A stretch of 64,000 bases of DNA from Spirochaetia bacterium. Its GTDB lineage: Bacteria > Spirochaetota > Spirochaetia > DSM-16054 > Sediminispirochaetaceae. Numbering within the stretch: position 1 is the stretch's first letter; each line of letters opens with the position of its first letter. Made by a program: the position numbers and the translations under genes. The stretch spans positions 160,001 to 224,000 of the forward strand of contig JAXHMY010000009.1 of the NCBI GenBank assembly GCA_034520965.1, written 5' to 3'. The notes under the pieces were generated by a model. That model searched no databases. It was not told the DNA's origin and saw nothing but the letters and a program-made list of their open reading frames with translations. Positions 51,136 to 61,206 of this stretch are shown here, piece by piece.

Positions 51136-52129
51136 ATGAATTACCGACGTTTGGGAAAAACCGATTACCATATCTCCGAGGTTTCATTAGGCACATGGCA
51201 GGTTGGCGGAAAATGGGGCAGCGGTTTCGATGATGCCCATGCCGAACGGATTCTACACGAAGCTATCGACAACGGGGTAAATTTCATTGACACCGCCGAT
51301 GTATATGAAGATGGAAAGAGTGAGGCGGCGGTGGGCAGTGTCGTTCGCAGCCGCCAGGAGCAGGTGTATGTGGCCAGCAAGTGCGGGCGGAAAATATCGC
51401 CCCATGTGTCGGAGGGCTATACCCCGGAGGTACTGCGCGGTTTTGTTGAGTCTAGCCTGAAAAACAGTGGTCTGGAGCGAATAGACTTGATGCAGCTGCA
51501 CTGTCCCCCCACCGAGGTATACTACCGCCCGGAGATATTCGAATTGTTTGACCGGCTGCAGACGGAAGGAAAAATAGGCCGATTCGGAGTTAGCGTAGAG
51601 AAGGTGGAGGAGGGACTCAAAGCAATCGAGTACCCGAATGTCGCCACGGTGCAAATAATTTTTAATATCTTTCGACAACGTCCGGCGGAATTGTTTTTCG
51701 AGGAGGCCCAAGAAAAAGATGTGGGGCTGATAATCAGAGTTCCCCTTGCCAGCGGGCTGCTTACCGGCAAGTTCTCCCGGGATTCAAAGTTTAACGAAGG
51801 GAGACCACCGCTATTTTAATCGCTCCGGTAAGGCCTTTGATAAGGGTGAAACCTTTGCGGGTATCGAGTACGAGCAGGGACTTGAACTGGTAGAGGAGCT
51901 GAAGGAGATCTGTGCGGAATGCCCCGAATCTACCCTGGCTCAAACCGCCCTGCGCTGGATCCTTATGCACTCCCAGGTGTCTACAATAATCCCCGGAGCC
52001 TCAAAACCCGAGCAGCTGCTGAGTAATGTGCAAGCCTCGGAGCTGCCGCCGATTCCTACAGATGTGTTTAACCGGATAGAACAGCTGTACATGCACAAGG
52101 TAAAACCGCTGGTACACCATCGCTGGTAG
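51136..52129 (+). pseudogene. Aldo/keto reductase split by +1 G at about 51800 (probably an assembly error)
   Basis: SLGTWQVG, IDTADVY and LHCPP; C-terminus GDHRYFNR...IPGASK lies in the next frame. Confidence 0.9.
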
Positions 52130-52139
52130 GGTAAAGATT

Positions 52140-53420
52140 AGTTAATGGTTCAAACCATGGGGGATGCGATTTTTCACACGCCCCCTGCGAGTATAGGCGA
52201 TTACATCCATATATATTTGGGCCAGTACATCCCGTCGAACTTATCCAGGGTTCCGGTCATCCGTGCCCACACCATCAACTGCGACCAGTTGAGCTTTACA
52301 TGCGTGTAGAACTTGCGCATGGTAAAGATGCCCCGCAGGCCTCTCGCGATTTTACCCCGGGGCACACCGGCCACCTCGGCATGGGAGAAGTTCTGTAGAA
52401 AAGGCTGGCCAATTCGAAAGGGCTTAAAATAGTTTTGATACAGCTGGTAGACGGCCATGCGCTCAAGACAGTTATTCACATTCTCGGAGAAACGCACCGT
52501 CTCGCGCACATGATTTGCATTATCCTTCCTGAATTGCCTATCCAGGTAATTTACCGAAAAAAGTGGATTGTCAATGGTTCGTTCGAAATGGGAAGAGATT
52601 CTCACATGCTCAAACCTCCCCTCACTTTTTAGGCTCTGCAGCACATCCGAGCCCATGACCAACCTTTGATACTCGAGCTTCTCATCGCTGTAGAGGCAGG
52701 TAAACCGCCGCTTCTGTGCATATTGCTCGACCAGATCGACAATCTGCAGGAAGGACTGACTGATAGAGATCCTCTTGCGGATGTAGTGCCTCTCCCGCTG
52801 GTCACGCTCGTCCTTCTGCAGCTCGGTCATCTTGCCTTTGCGCCGCAAATGGGCATAGTCGAAGGTGATAAAGAACTGTGAACTCTTGCCGGCCAGGATG
52901 TGAATGTTATTCGGCTGGAACTGATCGCTGACAAAGCTCTCGAAGCCGTCGGTGACCAGATCCTCGCAGGGAACGTAGTCCTGCAGGACATCCGCCTGCA
53001 GCGCAATGGCCTGTCGGGCGAGGCGGCCCAGGCGGTTGATGATCGCCTGGTGGCTGACCTCCATTATGCGGGCGGTTTTGCGCACTCCCCCGCAGTTGGT
53101 CATATGATCGAAAATCACCTGATAGTCGAGCTTTCTCTTTACATAATAATCGAGGCGGAAGGTTTGCTCGCTGAAAGCCTCCTCCGCATCCGAGGCATTT
53201 GAAGCGGGTGACCGTCCCATGGGCCAGGGTCTCGTAGCTGCCATTGATGTGGTACCAGCGCCCATGGTCAGGGGGATGAGTGTGATATTCACATTCGGGA
53301 TGGGGACAAAATGGGGGATAAGCATTGGCAGGCCTCCTCTAAAATAAAGTGTGGGTACACTCTAATAGAGGGGGTAAGTCGCATCCCTGCTTCAATTCCC
53401 CATGGTTTGAACCATTAATT
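52140..53420 (-). mobile_element. Insertion sequence, 1281 bp, IS1/IS1595-like, with 23-bp terminal IRs and 8-bp target duplication TAAAGATT
   Basis: IRs AGTTAATGGTTCAAACCATGGGG (52140-52162) and CCCCATGGTTTGAACCATTAATT (53398-53420). TAAAGATT at 52132-52139 and 53421-53428. Confidence 0.92.
52201..53325 (-). CDS. Putative transposase (Zn-ribbon, HTH and DD-type core); N-terminus has a compensated frameshift
   Basis: Alternate frame gives FCPHPEC...RFKCLGC. HTH GVRKTARIMEVSHQAI; acidic motifs TDGFES, SDEK and NYLDR. Confidence 0.8.
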   Translation of the reverse strand: MLIPHFVPIPNVNITLIPLTMGAGTTSMAATRPWPMGRSPASNASDAEEAFSEQTFRLDYYVKRKLDYQVIFDHMTNCGGVRKTARIMEVSHQAIINRLGRLARQAIALQADVLQDYVPCEDLVTDGFESFVSDQFQPNNIHILAGKSSQFFITFDYAHLRRKGKMTELQKDERDQRERHYIRKRISISQSFLQIVDLVEQYAQKRRFTCLYSDEKLEYQRLVMGSDVLQSLKSEGRFEHVRISSHFERTIDNPLFSVNYLDRQFRKDNANHVRETVRFSENVNNCLERMAVYQLYQNYFKPFRIGQPFLQNFSHAEVAGVPRGKIARGLRGIFTMRKFYTHVKLNWSQLMVWARMTGTLDKFDGMYWPKYIWM

Positions 53421-53426
53421 TAAAGA

Positions 53427-55184
53427 TTAGGCGGGGAACTTTAGCGTTATATGGAAGCCCGGCGGTTCTTTCAGCTCCAGGATTCCTCCTATTTGTTCTA
53501 CGAGGTTCTGCACCAGGGTAAGCCCGAGCCCCTCTTCCGCATCAATTTGATCGTCCTTGCTGTGCCCGGAAAGTCCGGGCCCGTTGTCCTGCACCTGCAG
53601 GGTAACTGTACCGGCCTCTTGCAGGCCGTGTACGCTGAACCGGATTGGCTCCCCCTCCGGGGGCTGGGCATATTTGGAGCTGTTGGTAAACAGCTCCGTG
53701 AGTATGAGCCCAACTGGAATGAGGGTATTCGTACTCAGTACCACATGTTCACCTATATCAACGTGCGTGTGAACTTCAGTTGCACCGGCGGTGCTTTCAA
53801 GGGTAAGCAGTAAATCGCGAATATACTCGTGGAGCGACACATTCTGGAAGTCGGTACTGCGGTACAGTTTTTCATGGACCATTGAAATTGAGAGGATCTT
53901 GCCGCGTAGCTGTTCCAACATTTCCTGAATGGGCGGCTCTTCGGTGCGGTAGCTTTGCAGGTTAATCAAGCTGCTTATCAGGGAGAGGTTATTTTTGATG
54001 CGGTGATGAATCTCTTTCAGCAGGGTGTCTTTCTGCTGGTTTAAGGCGGCTAATTCTTCCTGCGCCCTCTGTTTGGCCTCCAGTTCGGCATTGAGCTGCT
54101 CGTAGAGTTCGCTGCGGGCAAAGGCGATTGCCGCTGCGTGGGCAAAGGGCAGGAGTTTCTCCGCAGTCTCCCGGCTGTAGGCGCCCGGATCCTGGTGCTC
54201 TATGCTGAGCAGCCCGTATACTTTGTCCTGAGTGAAGATCGGCAGCAGCAGAAACGAGTGAATATAGCTGGTTTCAGAGTAGGTAAACCAGCGAGGGTCG
54301 GTTTTAGTGTTCTGTACAACTACCGGCCGCCTGGTCTGGACGGCCTCTCTCTGAAGGGGAAAGTTGTCAATCGGCATTTTCAGGTTGGAGATAAATTCAC
54401 CGATCCCGCGCTCTTCATACCCTCGACTGCGTACAATAGAGGCTGTATCGCCCTGCAGCAGCCTGATGTTGCCCGAGCTGTATTCCACCAGGCGCTGCAC
54501 TTGTTCCAGAATAGTATCCAGCAGAGGGTCGCGTTTTATCCGGCTGGTGAGGGCAATGGTAATCTCCTGCATTATTTCTGCGTACAGCTGTCTCTGCTGG
54601 ATCTCATCCAGCAGTTTAGCCTGGTGCTGCTCCCTATGAATACGATCGGTGATATCCATCATACTCACCAGTACATGACCGGAGGTCTCTCCCTCATTGA
54701 TGATACTGATGGTAACCAATAGGTGAATCAGCCGGTCATCTAAGGTTCGGTTGATCGTCTCGCCCTCGAAAAACCGTTCACCCTTCCATAGGGCAAGCAG
54801 TTCTCTATGCAGGAAGGGCAGTGTATGGGGGGTAATAACCTTTTTAATCGAACCAATCAGCTCCTCTTTGCTATCCGCCTCGAACATCGAAACGGTAGCC
54901 GGGTTTACATCGTGTACCCTTGCACGGCCAATAATATCAAACACACGGTTGGGGTTCGCCGTGAGATAGGCGTCCAGTTCTTCCACCGAGGAGACCTCCA
55001 GTTGATCCAGGGCGGCCATTACTTCCGTGAAGTCTTCCTCCCAGATGGCGACCTTGGAGTGGGAAAACATGGAGTGATAATGGGCTCTGCTGAGGCGCAG
55101 CTGCCGATTCTCTTCTTCAAGACGTTGAATCATAATGGCCTCATCGGTTTCTTTGTGGTTATGGTTGTGCTTCGGGAAGTCCAT
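53427..55184 (-). CDS. Cytoplasmic sensor histidine kinase (PAS-GAF-HisKA_2-HATPase)
   Basis: EIHHRIKNNL, ELFTNSSKYA, DNGPG and GLGL. Confidence 0.93.
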   Translation of the reverse strand: MDFPKHNHNHKETDEAIMIQRLEEENRQLRLSRAHYHSMFSHSKVAIWEEDFTEVMAALDQLEVSSVEELDAYLTANPNRVFDIIGRARVHDVNPATVSMFEADSKEELIGSIKKVITPHTLPFLHRELLALWKGERFFEGETINRTLDDRLIHLLVTISIINEGETSGHVLVSMMDITDRIHREQHQAKLLDEIQQRQLYAEIMQEITIALTSRIKRDPLLDTILEQVQRLVEYSSGNIRLLQGDTASIVRSRGYEERGIGEFISNLKMPIDNFPLQREAVQTRRPVVVQNTKTDPRWFTYSETSYIHSFLLLPIFTQDKVYGLLSIEHQDPGAYSRETAEKLLPFAHAAAIAFARSELYEQLNAELEAKQRAQEELAALNQQKDTLLKEIHHRIKNNLSLISSLINLQSYRTEEPPIQEMLEQLRGKILSISMVHEKLYRSTDFQNVSLHEYIRDLLLTLESTAGATEVHTHVDIGEHVVLSTNTLIPVGLILTELFTNSSKYAQPPEGEPIRFSVHGLQEAGTVTLQVQDNGPGLSGHSKDDQIDAEEGLGLTLVQNLVEQIGGILELKEPPGFHITLKFPA

Positions 55185-55274
55185 AAATGTGCCTCAACTT
55201 TCTTTACATGACTATACCATATACTAGGGTAGAGAACAATTGTAAGATTTCTCCATTTATGCAAAAATCTGCCT

Positions 55275-55769
55275 ATGATAGTAGATATTCTTGTAGCGGT
55301 ACTAGGTTCTGCGATAGTTATGGCGGGATTGATCGGCTGTATTGTTCCGGTTATTCCCGGGCCACCGGTTGCCTATTTAGCCCTGTTATTGGTCTCATGG
55401 GCGGGGGGATGGAACGTGTACGCCCTATGGGTGCTGATTGTAATGGCGGCCGCCGCCGTAGGGGCTGCGGTGCTCGATTCTATTCTGCCGATTGTCACCA
55501 GCCGCCGTTCGGGGGCCGGGAAGGCGGGAATTTGGGGCAGCGTGCTCGGGATGCTGGTCGGTACCGTTTTTTTCCCTCCCTTCGGTACGGTGATCGGGGC
55601 TTTTCTTGGAGCCCTGGCAGGTGAGCTGCTGGTGATGCGTAAGGGGGGCAACCCGATGAAAGCGGCCCTGGGGGTTTTCACCGGTACAATGCTGGCCGCT
55701 GTGGTGAAGCTGTCGGTGAGCGGAGTAGCTGCAGTTTTGTTTGTCCGCGGGCTTATACAGCTTTTCTAA
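55275..55769 (+). CDS. DUF456-like membrane protein
   Basis: GCIVPVIPGPP and GAFLGALAGE. Confidence 0.88.
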   Translation: MIVDILVAVLGSAIVMAGLIGCIVPVIPGPPVAYLALLLVSWAGGWNVYALWVLIVMAAAAVGAAVLDSILPIVTSRRSGAGKAGIWGSVLGMLVGTVFFPPFGTVIGAFLGALAGELLVMRKGGNPMKAALGVFTGTMLAAVVKLSVSGVAAVLFVRGLIQLF

Positions 55770-56292
55770 GCAGGTAAAGGGAAATAGTGTTGGCCGCAAA
55801 ATGCAGCAGTACCGCCGAGTAAATATCTCCGCCTAGAATCCGCAGGTAGCCTAGGGCCGCCCCCATAACCAGGGCATAGAGCGGCCAGATAAGCATATTC
55901 TTCTGTGGTGGAAAGTGGCTTGCCGCGAACAGGAGGGTGGCTCCGAGATATCCGATGGCAGGTTGAAGAGCTCCGCGGAAAAAGAGCTCTTCTCCATAGG
56001 CGCTCAGTAAAGCTAACAACAGAATCGATGAGGTCCGCAGCGGCCCGAGGGTGCTGTGCAGAGTATTCCAGAAGCGGGCTATAGCCGGCACTTTACGGGG
56101 GCCCAGTATATCGAAGAGGCTGTGCAACAGGAGTACCAGCAGCACGAGGGCAATTTCATAAGCGAGGTGGTCTCTCCGGGGGCTGAAATTCAGCAGCCAC
56201 TCTCCACGGGCAAAATAGGCCCAGCCTATTCCGATTCCCCCCAGAAGGCCATAGAAAAGAACCGCCATAAGAACAAATTTTTTCTCCTGCAC
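55753..56292 (-). CDS. CPBP (CAAX/Abi) intramembrane glutamic endopeptidase
   Basis: EELFFRG, FAASH and LHFAAN. Confidence 0.88.
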   Translation of the reverse strand: MQEKKFVLMAVLFYGLLGGIGIGWAYFARGEWLLNFSPRRDHLAYEIALVLLVLLLHSLFDILGPRKVPAIARFWNTLHSTLGPLRTSSILLLALLSAYGEELFFRGALQPAIGYLGATLLFAASHFPPQKNMLIWPLYALVMGAALGYLRILGGDIYSAVLLHFAANTISLYLLRKAV

Positions 56293-56421
56293 ACAGGGCT
56301 CCTATAATTACTGCTGTAAAAGTGTATCCGTAAAAAGAGCGGCCTGCAAGCCTATGGTCAAACAAGAGCTTGCAGGGCACCTGTGCTATGGATGGGTATT
56401 GGTTGCAAGGTTTCGGCTGGC

Positions 56422-57966
56422 TCAGCCACGGGTAAACTTTTTACCCGTGGCCAGCTCGACGCATTTATAGGCGCCGTCGTAGGTGCCTATTTTCTTATTT
56501 TTAATAATCTGCTCGCAGTACATCTCCAGCAGGTCATCCTCATTGGCCATCAGGTCGATCGCCTGCAGGCTGTGCTCGATGGTTCTGGTTTCAATGGTGC
56601 CGTCGCCGATTTCGGCGCCCCGCACTGCGCCCCACATTTCATGGCCGCCGACCCGTTTGTTAAAAATTTTCGGGATCGGGTAGAAGGCAAGTTCACTTGG
56701 CTTGGTAATCATTACATCTGTCACCCGCATAAGGTAGTTGGTGGCATACACAGCATGAAAAATATTGTCGTGGAGAAACACGTGGAGGCCGTGGACGGGA
56801 TTCTCTCGAATCGAATCGGTAAACTCACGGGTATCCTCCCAATCGAAATGGCTGTGCAGCTGTTCGGTGCGGCCCCCCAGCTGCTCCTGCAGCCACTCCC
56901 AGTTATCCCTGTGGTCGCCCAGGTTCACAAACAGACTCAGCTTATCCTCGCGGATAAGGGGCAGGCAGTGTTCGATAACCGCTTTGAACAGCTCGCGCTG
57001 AGCTCCGGCGCCGCCCATGGTTATCATGAAGCGGCGGGGTTCTCCGCTATGTACCCGGCGCAGGCGGGCCGCGCAGTCCGCCTCGATATTCTCTACCAGT
57101 TCATGGTCCACGTGGTGGCCGGTGTAGTGGATCGCATCCGAGGGCAGCGGCTTGAGCACCTTGCCCGACTCATCAAAGCCGCGCATGCTGCGGAAGCCGT
57201 AGTAGCCGGAGGGGGACTGTACCCCGTGTTTAGCCCCTTCGGTCAGCTGAAAGGCCATCGGCCAGTTGTCGAACATCATATCCACTACATTCGTCATTCC
57301 ACCGGCCACCGCTCCCATGGAGTTCCACATATGGGCGGTCAGAATAGGCATCTCCTGGGGTAAGGCCTGGTGGAGGTTTCCGAAGAGTTCGCTCATTTTG
57401 TAGTCTTTCACATTTGTTTTCAGAAAACGCCAAGGCCAGCCTACAATCCAGGAATTCAACAGCCAGGAAAGGAGAGGCAGAGTGGGCTCTCCGGTAGTCA
57501 CCGGTTCCCAGATGTATTTTTCAAAAAGCGCGCTTTTCTGGGATATCCTTGACCAGCGGCTGTACCAGCGATTGCACCAGTTGATTACATCGCTGGTGAT
57601 TCCGGGGATCGTGAGCAGATCTAACCAATAGGGGGTAAAACCCATCGCCCGGGCGGCGGAGGCTCCGGCCATGGCAATTCGATAATGTCCGAATCCCATG
57701 CGGATGGTACTGATAATTACCCCTGTCTCGGGATCAATCGGGGGTGGCGATCCTGCGGGACTGGACGTGCCTTCGGTTCGGACGATATTCTGCAGGTCGA
57801 AGATCGGCCCTAGATAGGGATTCTCCTGCAGTGTGAGGGAGTAGGTCTCCTGCGGGTCGTAGTTGAACTTCTTGATAAACATGCGCTGCCATTTTTCGGC
57901 AGCCCGGCTGTGGCTTTTTTTAATCGGGTTGTCATACACGTAGTAACGTCCGTCTCTCTTCTGCAT
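56422..57966 (-). CDS. Uncharacterised GT-B-fold (GT28/UgtP-like) enzyme, last gene of the sugar ABC operon
   Basis: MGFGHYR, ITMGGAG, DVMITKPSE and VGGHE echo GT28 motifs; GGAG RBS before ATG 57966. Confidence 0.7.
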   Translation of the reverse strand: MQKRDGRYYVYDNPIKKSHSRAAEKWQRMFIKKFNYDPQETYSLTLQENPYLGPIFDLQNIVRTEGTSSPAGSPPPIDPETGVIISTIRMGFGHYRIAMAGASAARAMGFTPYWLDLLTIPGITSDVINWCNRWYSRWSRISQKSALFEKYIWEPVTTGEPTLPLLSWLLNSWIVGWPWRFLKTNVKDYKMSELFGNLHQALPQEMPILTAHMWNSMGAVAGGMTNVVDMMFDNWPMAFQLTEGAKHGVQSPSGYYGFRSMRGFDESGKVLKPLPSDAIHYTGHHVDHELVENIEADCAARLRRVHSGEPRRFMITMGGAGAQRELFKAVIEHCLPLIREDKLSLFVNLGDHRDNWEWLQEQLGGRTEQLHSHFDWEDTREFTDSIRENPVHGLHVFLHDNIFHAVYATNYLMRVTDVMITKPSELAFYPIPKIFNKRVGGHEMWGAVRGAEIGDGTIETRTIEHSLQAIDLMANEDDLLEMYCEQIIKNKKIGTYDGAYKCVELATGKKFTRG

Positions 57967-57982
57967 TTTATTCTCCAAAATA

Positions 57983-58822
57983 TTATTTATTCGACCCGAG
58001 GGTAAGACCGGCAATAAAGTAGCGCTGCAGAAAGATAAATACGATCAGCGTTGGTATAGTTGCAAGCAGGGCCCCCGAGATAATGACCGTCCAATCCTGT
58101 ACGTACTGCCCCTGCAAAGTCGCCAGACCCGTGGTCACGGGCATCTTTTCCGACGAGCGGATAAGTACCAGCGGCCAGATGTAGTCGTTAAAAATCCAGG
58201 TAAACTCAAGCGTCGCAACAGCGGCAAAGGCCGGCAGGGTCAGGGGCAGCATGATCTTGCCCCATATACCAAATTCACTGCAGCCGTCGATCCGGGCCGA
58301 CTCCATTACCTGAACAGGAACGGTCATCATATAATTGCGCAGTACAAAAGTACAGAAACCGAGCTGAAAGGCGGTGTGAATAGCAATTAGGGCGAAATAG
58401 GTGTCATAGATTCCCAATGCGTCGGAGAGTTTGAACACCGGCAGCAGCAGAATTTGAAAGGGCAGCATAGTTCCGCCGACAAACATAAAATAGAAAAAGG
58501 TCCTGCCCTTAAACTTAAAGCGGGCCAGGGAATAGGCTCCCAGGGAAGAGAGGAACAGAGTAAGTACCAGAGAGGGCATGGTGATGATAAAACTGTTGGG
58601 CAGGTACTTATGCAGGCCACCCCGCTGCCAGGCTTCGAAGTAGCTTTTTAAGTCTATAGTTTTCGGCATAGCCAAAAATCCGTGGGACATAATTTCGGCG
58701 TTGGTGCGCATACTGGTGATGACGGCGATAAAAATGGGAACCAGCCAGATCAGGGTGACGGCCACCAGAAACAAGTACAGAATTATTTTTACCGCCAGAG
58801 GAACATTGTTTCGTTTAGGCAT
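57983..58822 (-). CDS. Carbohydrate ABC transporter permease (MalG-like)
   Basis: ESARIDG (EAA loop) and FNDYIWPL. Confidence 0.95.
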   Translation of the reverse strand: MPKRNNVPLAVKIILYLFLVAVTLIWLVPIFIAVITSMRTNAEIMSHGFLAMPKTIDLKSYFEAWQRGGLHKYLPNSFIITMPSLVLTLFLSSLGAYSLARFKFKGRTFFYFMFVGGTMLPFQILLLPVFKLSDALGIYDTYFALIAIHTAFQLGFCTFVLRNYMMTVPVQVMESARIDGCSEFGIWGKIMLPLTLPAFAAVATLEFTWIFNDYIWPLVLIRSSEKMPVTTGLATLQGQYVQDWTVIISGALLATIPTLIVFIFLQRYFIAGLTLGSNK

Positions 58823-59699
58823 TTGTTTCCTCCCGCGCTATTCTGGTGAGGTAGAACATGATAAACATCAAGCTGATGATAAAGATGATAACGGCAATCG
58901 CGGCGCCGTAGCCCATTCGGTAGTTGTTGAAGGCCTCAATGTACATAAAGTTTGCCAGTACGCTGGATTGATTGTAGGGTCCGCCGCGGGTCATTACCGA
59001 AACCAGGTCAAAGGCACGCAGGGAGTCGATGATGCTGATAACTATTACAATTACAGTGACCGGGGCCAGCTGCGGCATGAATACGTTGAAAAAGCGCTGT
59101 ATGGCGCTGGCGCCGTCAACTTCCGCGGCATCCAAGAGGTTTTGATCGACACTCTGGAGACCGGCCAGGTAGAGTACCATCACGTAGCCCACTTGACGCC
59201 AGATGGCAACGGCTATAACCGCCTCCATAACGACCTTCGGATTGCTGAGCCAGCCTGTCGCTAAGGCTCCAAGGCCGATTCTTCGCAATACCTCGTTAAT
59301 GAGGCCGCTGTGGGGGCTGTATAGCCAGGACCATACCAGGCCGCAGACCACCAGGGACAGGACCATCGGCAGAAAGAAGCTGGCCTTAAAGGTTTTGGCT
59401 CCGGGAATGTCCCTGTTTAGAACCATCGCCAGCGTAAGTCCAAGTGCGATGGGAATAGTCATAAACAGGATAATCCACTCGATATTATTGAACAGGCTGA
59501 TGAAGAAAACTTCATCTTGAAAAAGTATCCGGTAATTTTTAGTGCCGATAAACTCCGGTGCAGTTAAACCGTCCCACTTGGTAAAGCTGAGATAAAAGCT
59601 GTACAGCATCGGCCCGATAATCCAGATTAAATAGATAGTGACCGGAATACCGAGGAAGGCATAGGGGATCAGTTTATAACGGGTTTTCGCATTCAGCAT
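58815..59699 (-). CDS. Carbohydrate ABC transporter permease (MalF-like)
   Basis: LAGLQSV..DAAEVDGA and MTRGGP. Confidence 0.95.
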   Translation of the reverse strand: MLNAKTRYKLIPYAFLGIPVTIYLIWIIGPMLYSFYLSFTKWDGLTAPEFIGTKNYRILFQDEVFFISLFNNIEWIILFMTIPIALGLTLAMVLNRDIPGAKTFKASFFLPMVLSLVVCGLVWSWLYSPHSGLINEVLRRIGLGALATGWLSNPKVVMEAVIAVAIWRQVGYVMVLYLAGLQSVDQNLLDAAEVDGASAIQRFFNVFMPQLAPVTVIVIVISIIDSLRAFDLVSVMTRGGPYNQSSVLANFMYIEAFNNYRMGYGAAIAVIIFIISLMFIMFYLTRIAREETNA

Positions 59700-59720
59700 G
59701 CGATACCTCCTTTAGGTATG

Positions 59721-59747
59721 AAAAGCCGGCGGCAAGGTGCCGCCGGC
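59721..59747 (-). terminator. Intercistronic stem-loop after the SBP gene
   Basis: GCCGGCGGCA-AGG-TGCCGCCGGC with a short U-tail on -. Confidence 0.65.
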
Positions 59748-59770
59748 GCTTGTGCGTAATAAATTGTGAG

Positions 59771-61061
59771 TTACTCTTCGAAGAGTTGTTGCCTGGATTT
59801 TTCCAGCTTGTCGAGTAATCTCTTCAGCCTGGTCGGTGTTCTGCCAGAACTCCATAAAACCGTTCATGCCTTTGTCGGCCATTTCGGGGGTAGTATCTCG
59901 ATCGTAGAACTGAGCCACATAGTCGGCGGCGTTTACTATCTCTCGGCCCTTCAACTGGTTTTCATTATACACCGAGGTATCAACCTTGTTGTTGGTTACC
60001 AGTCGTCCCAGCTCTTTGGCCACATACTCTTGAACTTCCTTAGAACCGAAGAATTTGAGCAGTTTCTTTGCCATCTCCGGATTCTGGCTGTTTTTGGGAA
60101 TGAAGTAGCCGTCGGTGGGAGCATCTTCGCCAACCGGTACGTTCGGGTCAATGATGGGGAAGCGGAAGAAGTCCAGGTACTCGAGGTCTTCTTCGGGGTA
60201 GGAGTCACGGATAAAATCGCCCATCAGGTACATGGCCGCATCGCCGTTGGTCATAAAGGGTATCGCTTCGGCCCAGGCGTAGGATGCCGGACTTTCAATA
60301 AAGTAGCCCTTATCGATCATCGGTCCCCAGTAGTCGTTGAATACCTTCAAGACGCGCGGGTCGTCGTAGCTCTCTTTACCCAACATCAGGTTAATGTGGA
60401 ACTCAGGGCCGTTGACACGCATGTTCAAGTAATCGAACCATGCGGCGGCGGTCCAGCGGTATTTGGTACCCACGGTAAAGGGGGTAACGCCGTTGTCTTT
60501 GAGTTTTTCACATACCGCCATCAGCTCGTCCCAGGTTTCGGGAATTTCGATGTCGTATTCATCAAACACACGGGTGTCGTAGTACACTGCCCACCAGTAC
60601 CAGTTACCAGGAAGGAAGTACTGTTTGTCGTCCACCGAACTCATGGCCCGGAAGCCCTTGGAATAGCTGTCGTTCCAGCCGGCTTCTTCCCATACGTCGC
60701 TGATGTCCATAATCAGGTCCTTATCAATGAAGAAGCGGGCGCGGTTACCGGCAAACCAGGTCAATACATCGGGGGGTGCCGAGGAAGTAAGGTATGCGCG
60801 GATAGCCTGTTTGAAATCTTCGTGGGCAACGGTACTGTGAATAACCTTTGCGTTTGGATTCTGTTCATTGAACATCTCCATCAGCTCAGCTTCAACCCGT
60901 TTGGGTTCAGGGTCGCTCCAGTACGAGTTGTATACAACTACATCCTGCTCTGCAGCCTGGCCGCCTTCAGCAGTGCCTTCCTGCTGGCCCCCTGCAAATA
61001 GAGGTGCCATGCCGAGGACGAAAAGAGCGGCGAGAACACTAATAACAATCTTGTTTTTCAT
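59771..61061 (-). CDS. Carbohydrate ABC transporter substrate-binding protein; 1-base insertion near 59816 alters the called C-terminus
   Basis: LFAGGQQE signal, PPDVLTWFAG and QFYDRDT. Corrected end ILDKLEKSRQQLFEE* at 59771. Confidence 0.92.
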
Positions 61062-61206
61062 AAACAAAGATCCTCCTTTTACTTATTTCTTTTGGAAAGA
61101 AATTATACTAAAATTATGCGCCGGAGTGTGAATTCGGTCAATGATAAGATTTGAATGTAATTGTAGATATTTTAAGATGCCCGGTTTATACTGTGGGCGA
61201 TAGCTT

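Noticed and set aside
53170..53325. IS1-type programmed -1 frameshift
   Set aside because: Needs two opposite shifts, has no A6C slippery site, and the Zn-ribbon frame lacks a start codon; indels fit better.
55753..56292. 'Abi' protein as phage defence
   Set aside because: Ordinary CPBP protease motifs with no defence context.
56383..57363. 326-aa ORF on + strand
   Set aside because: Antisense shadow of the GT-B-like gene.
59766..61001. 411-aa ORF on + strand
   Set aside because: Antisense shadow of the SBP gene; no motifs or RBS.
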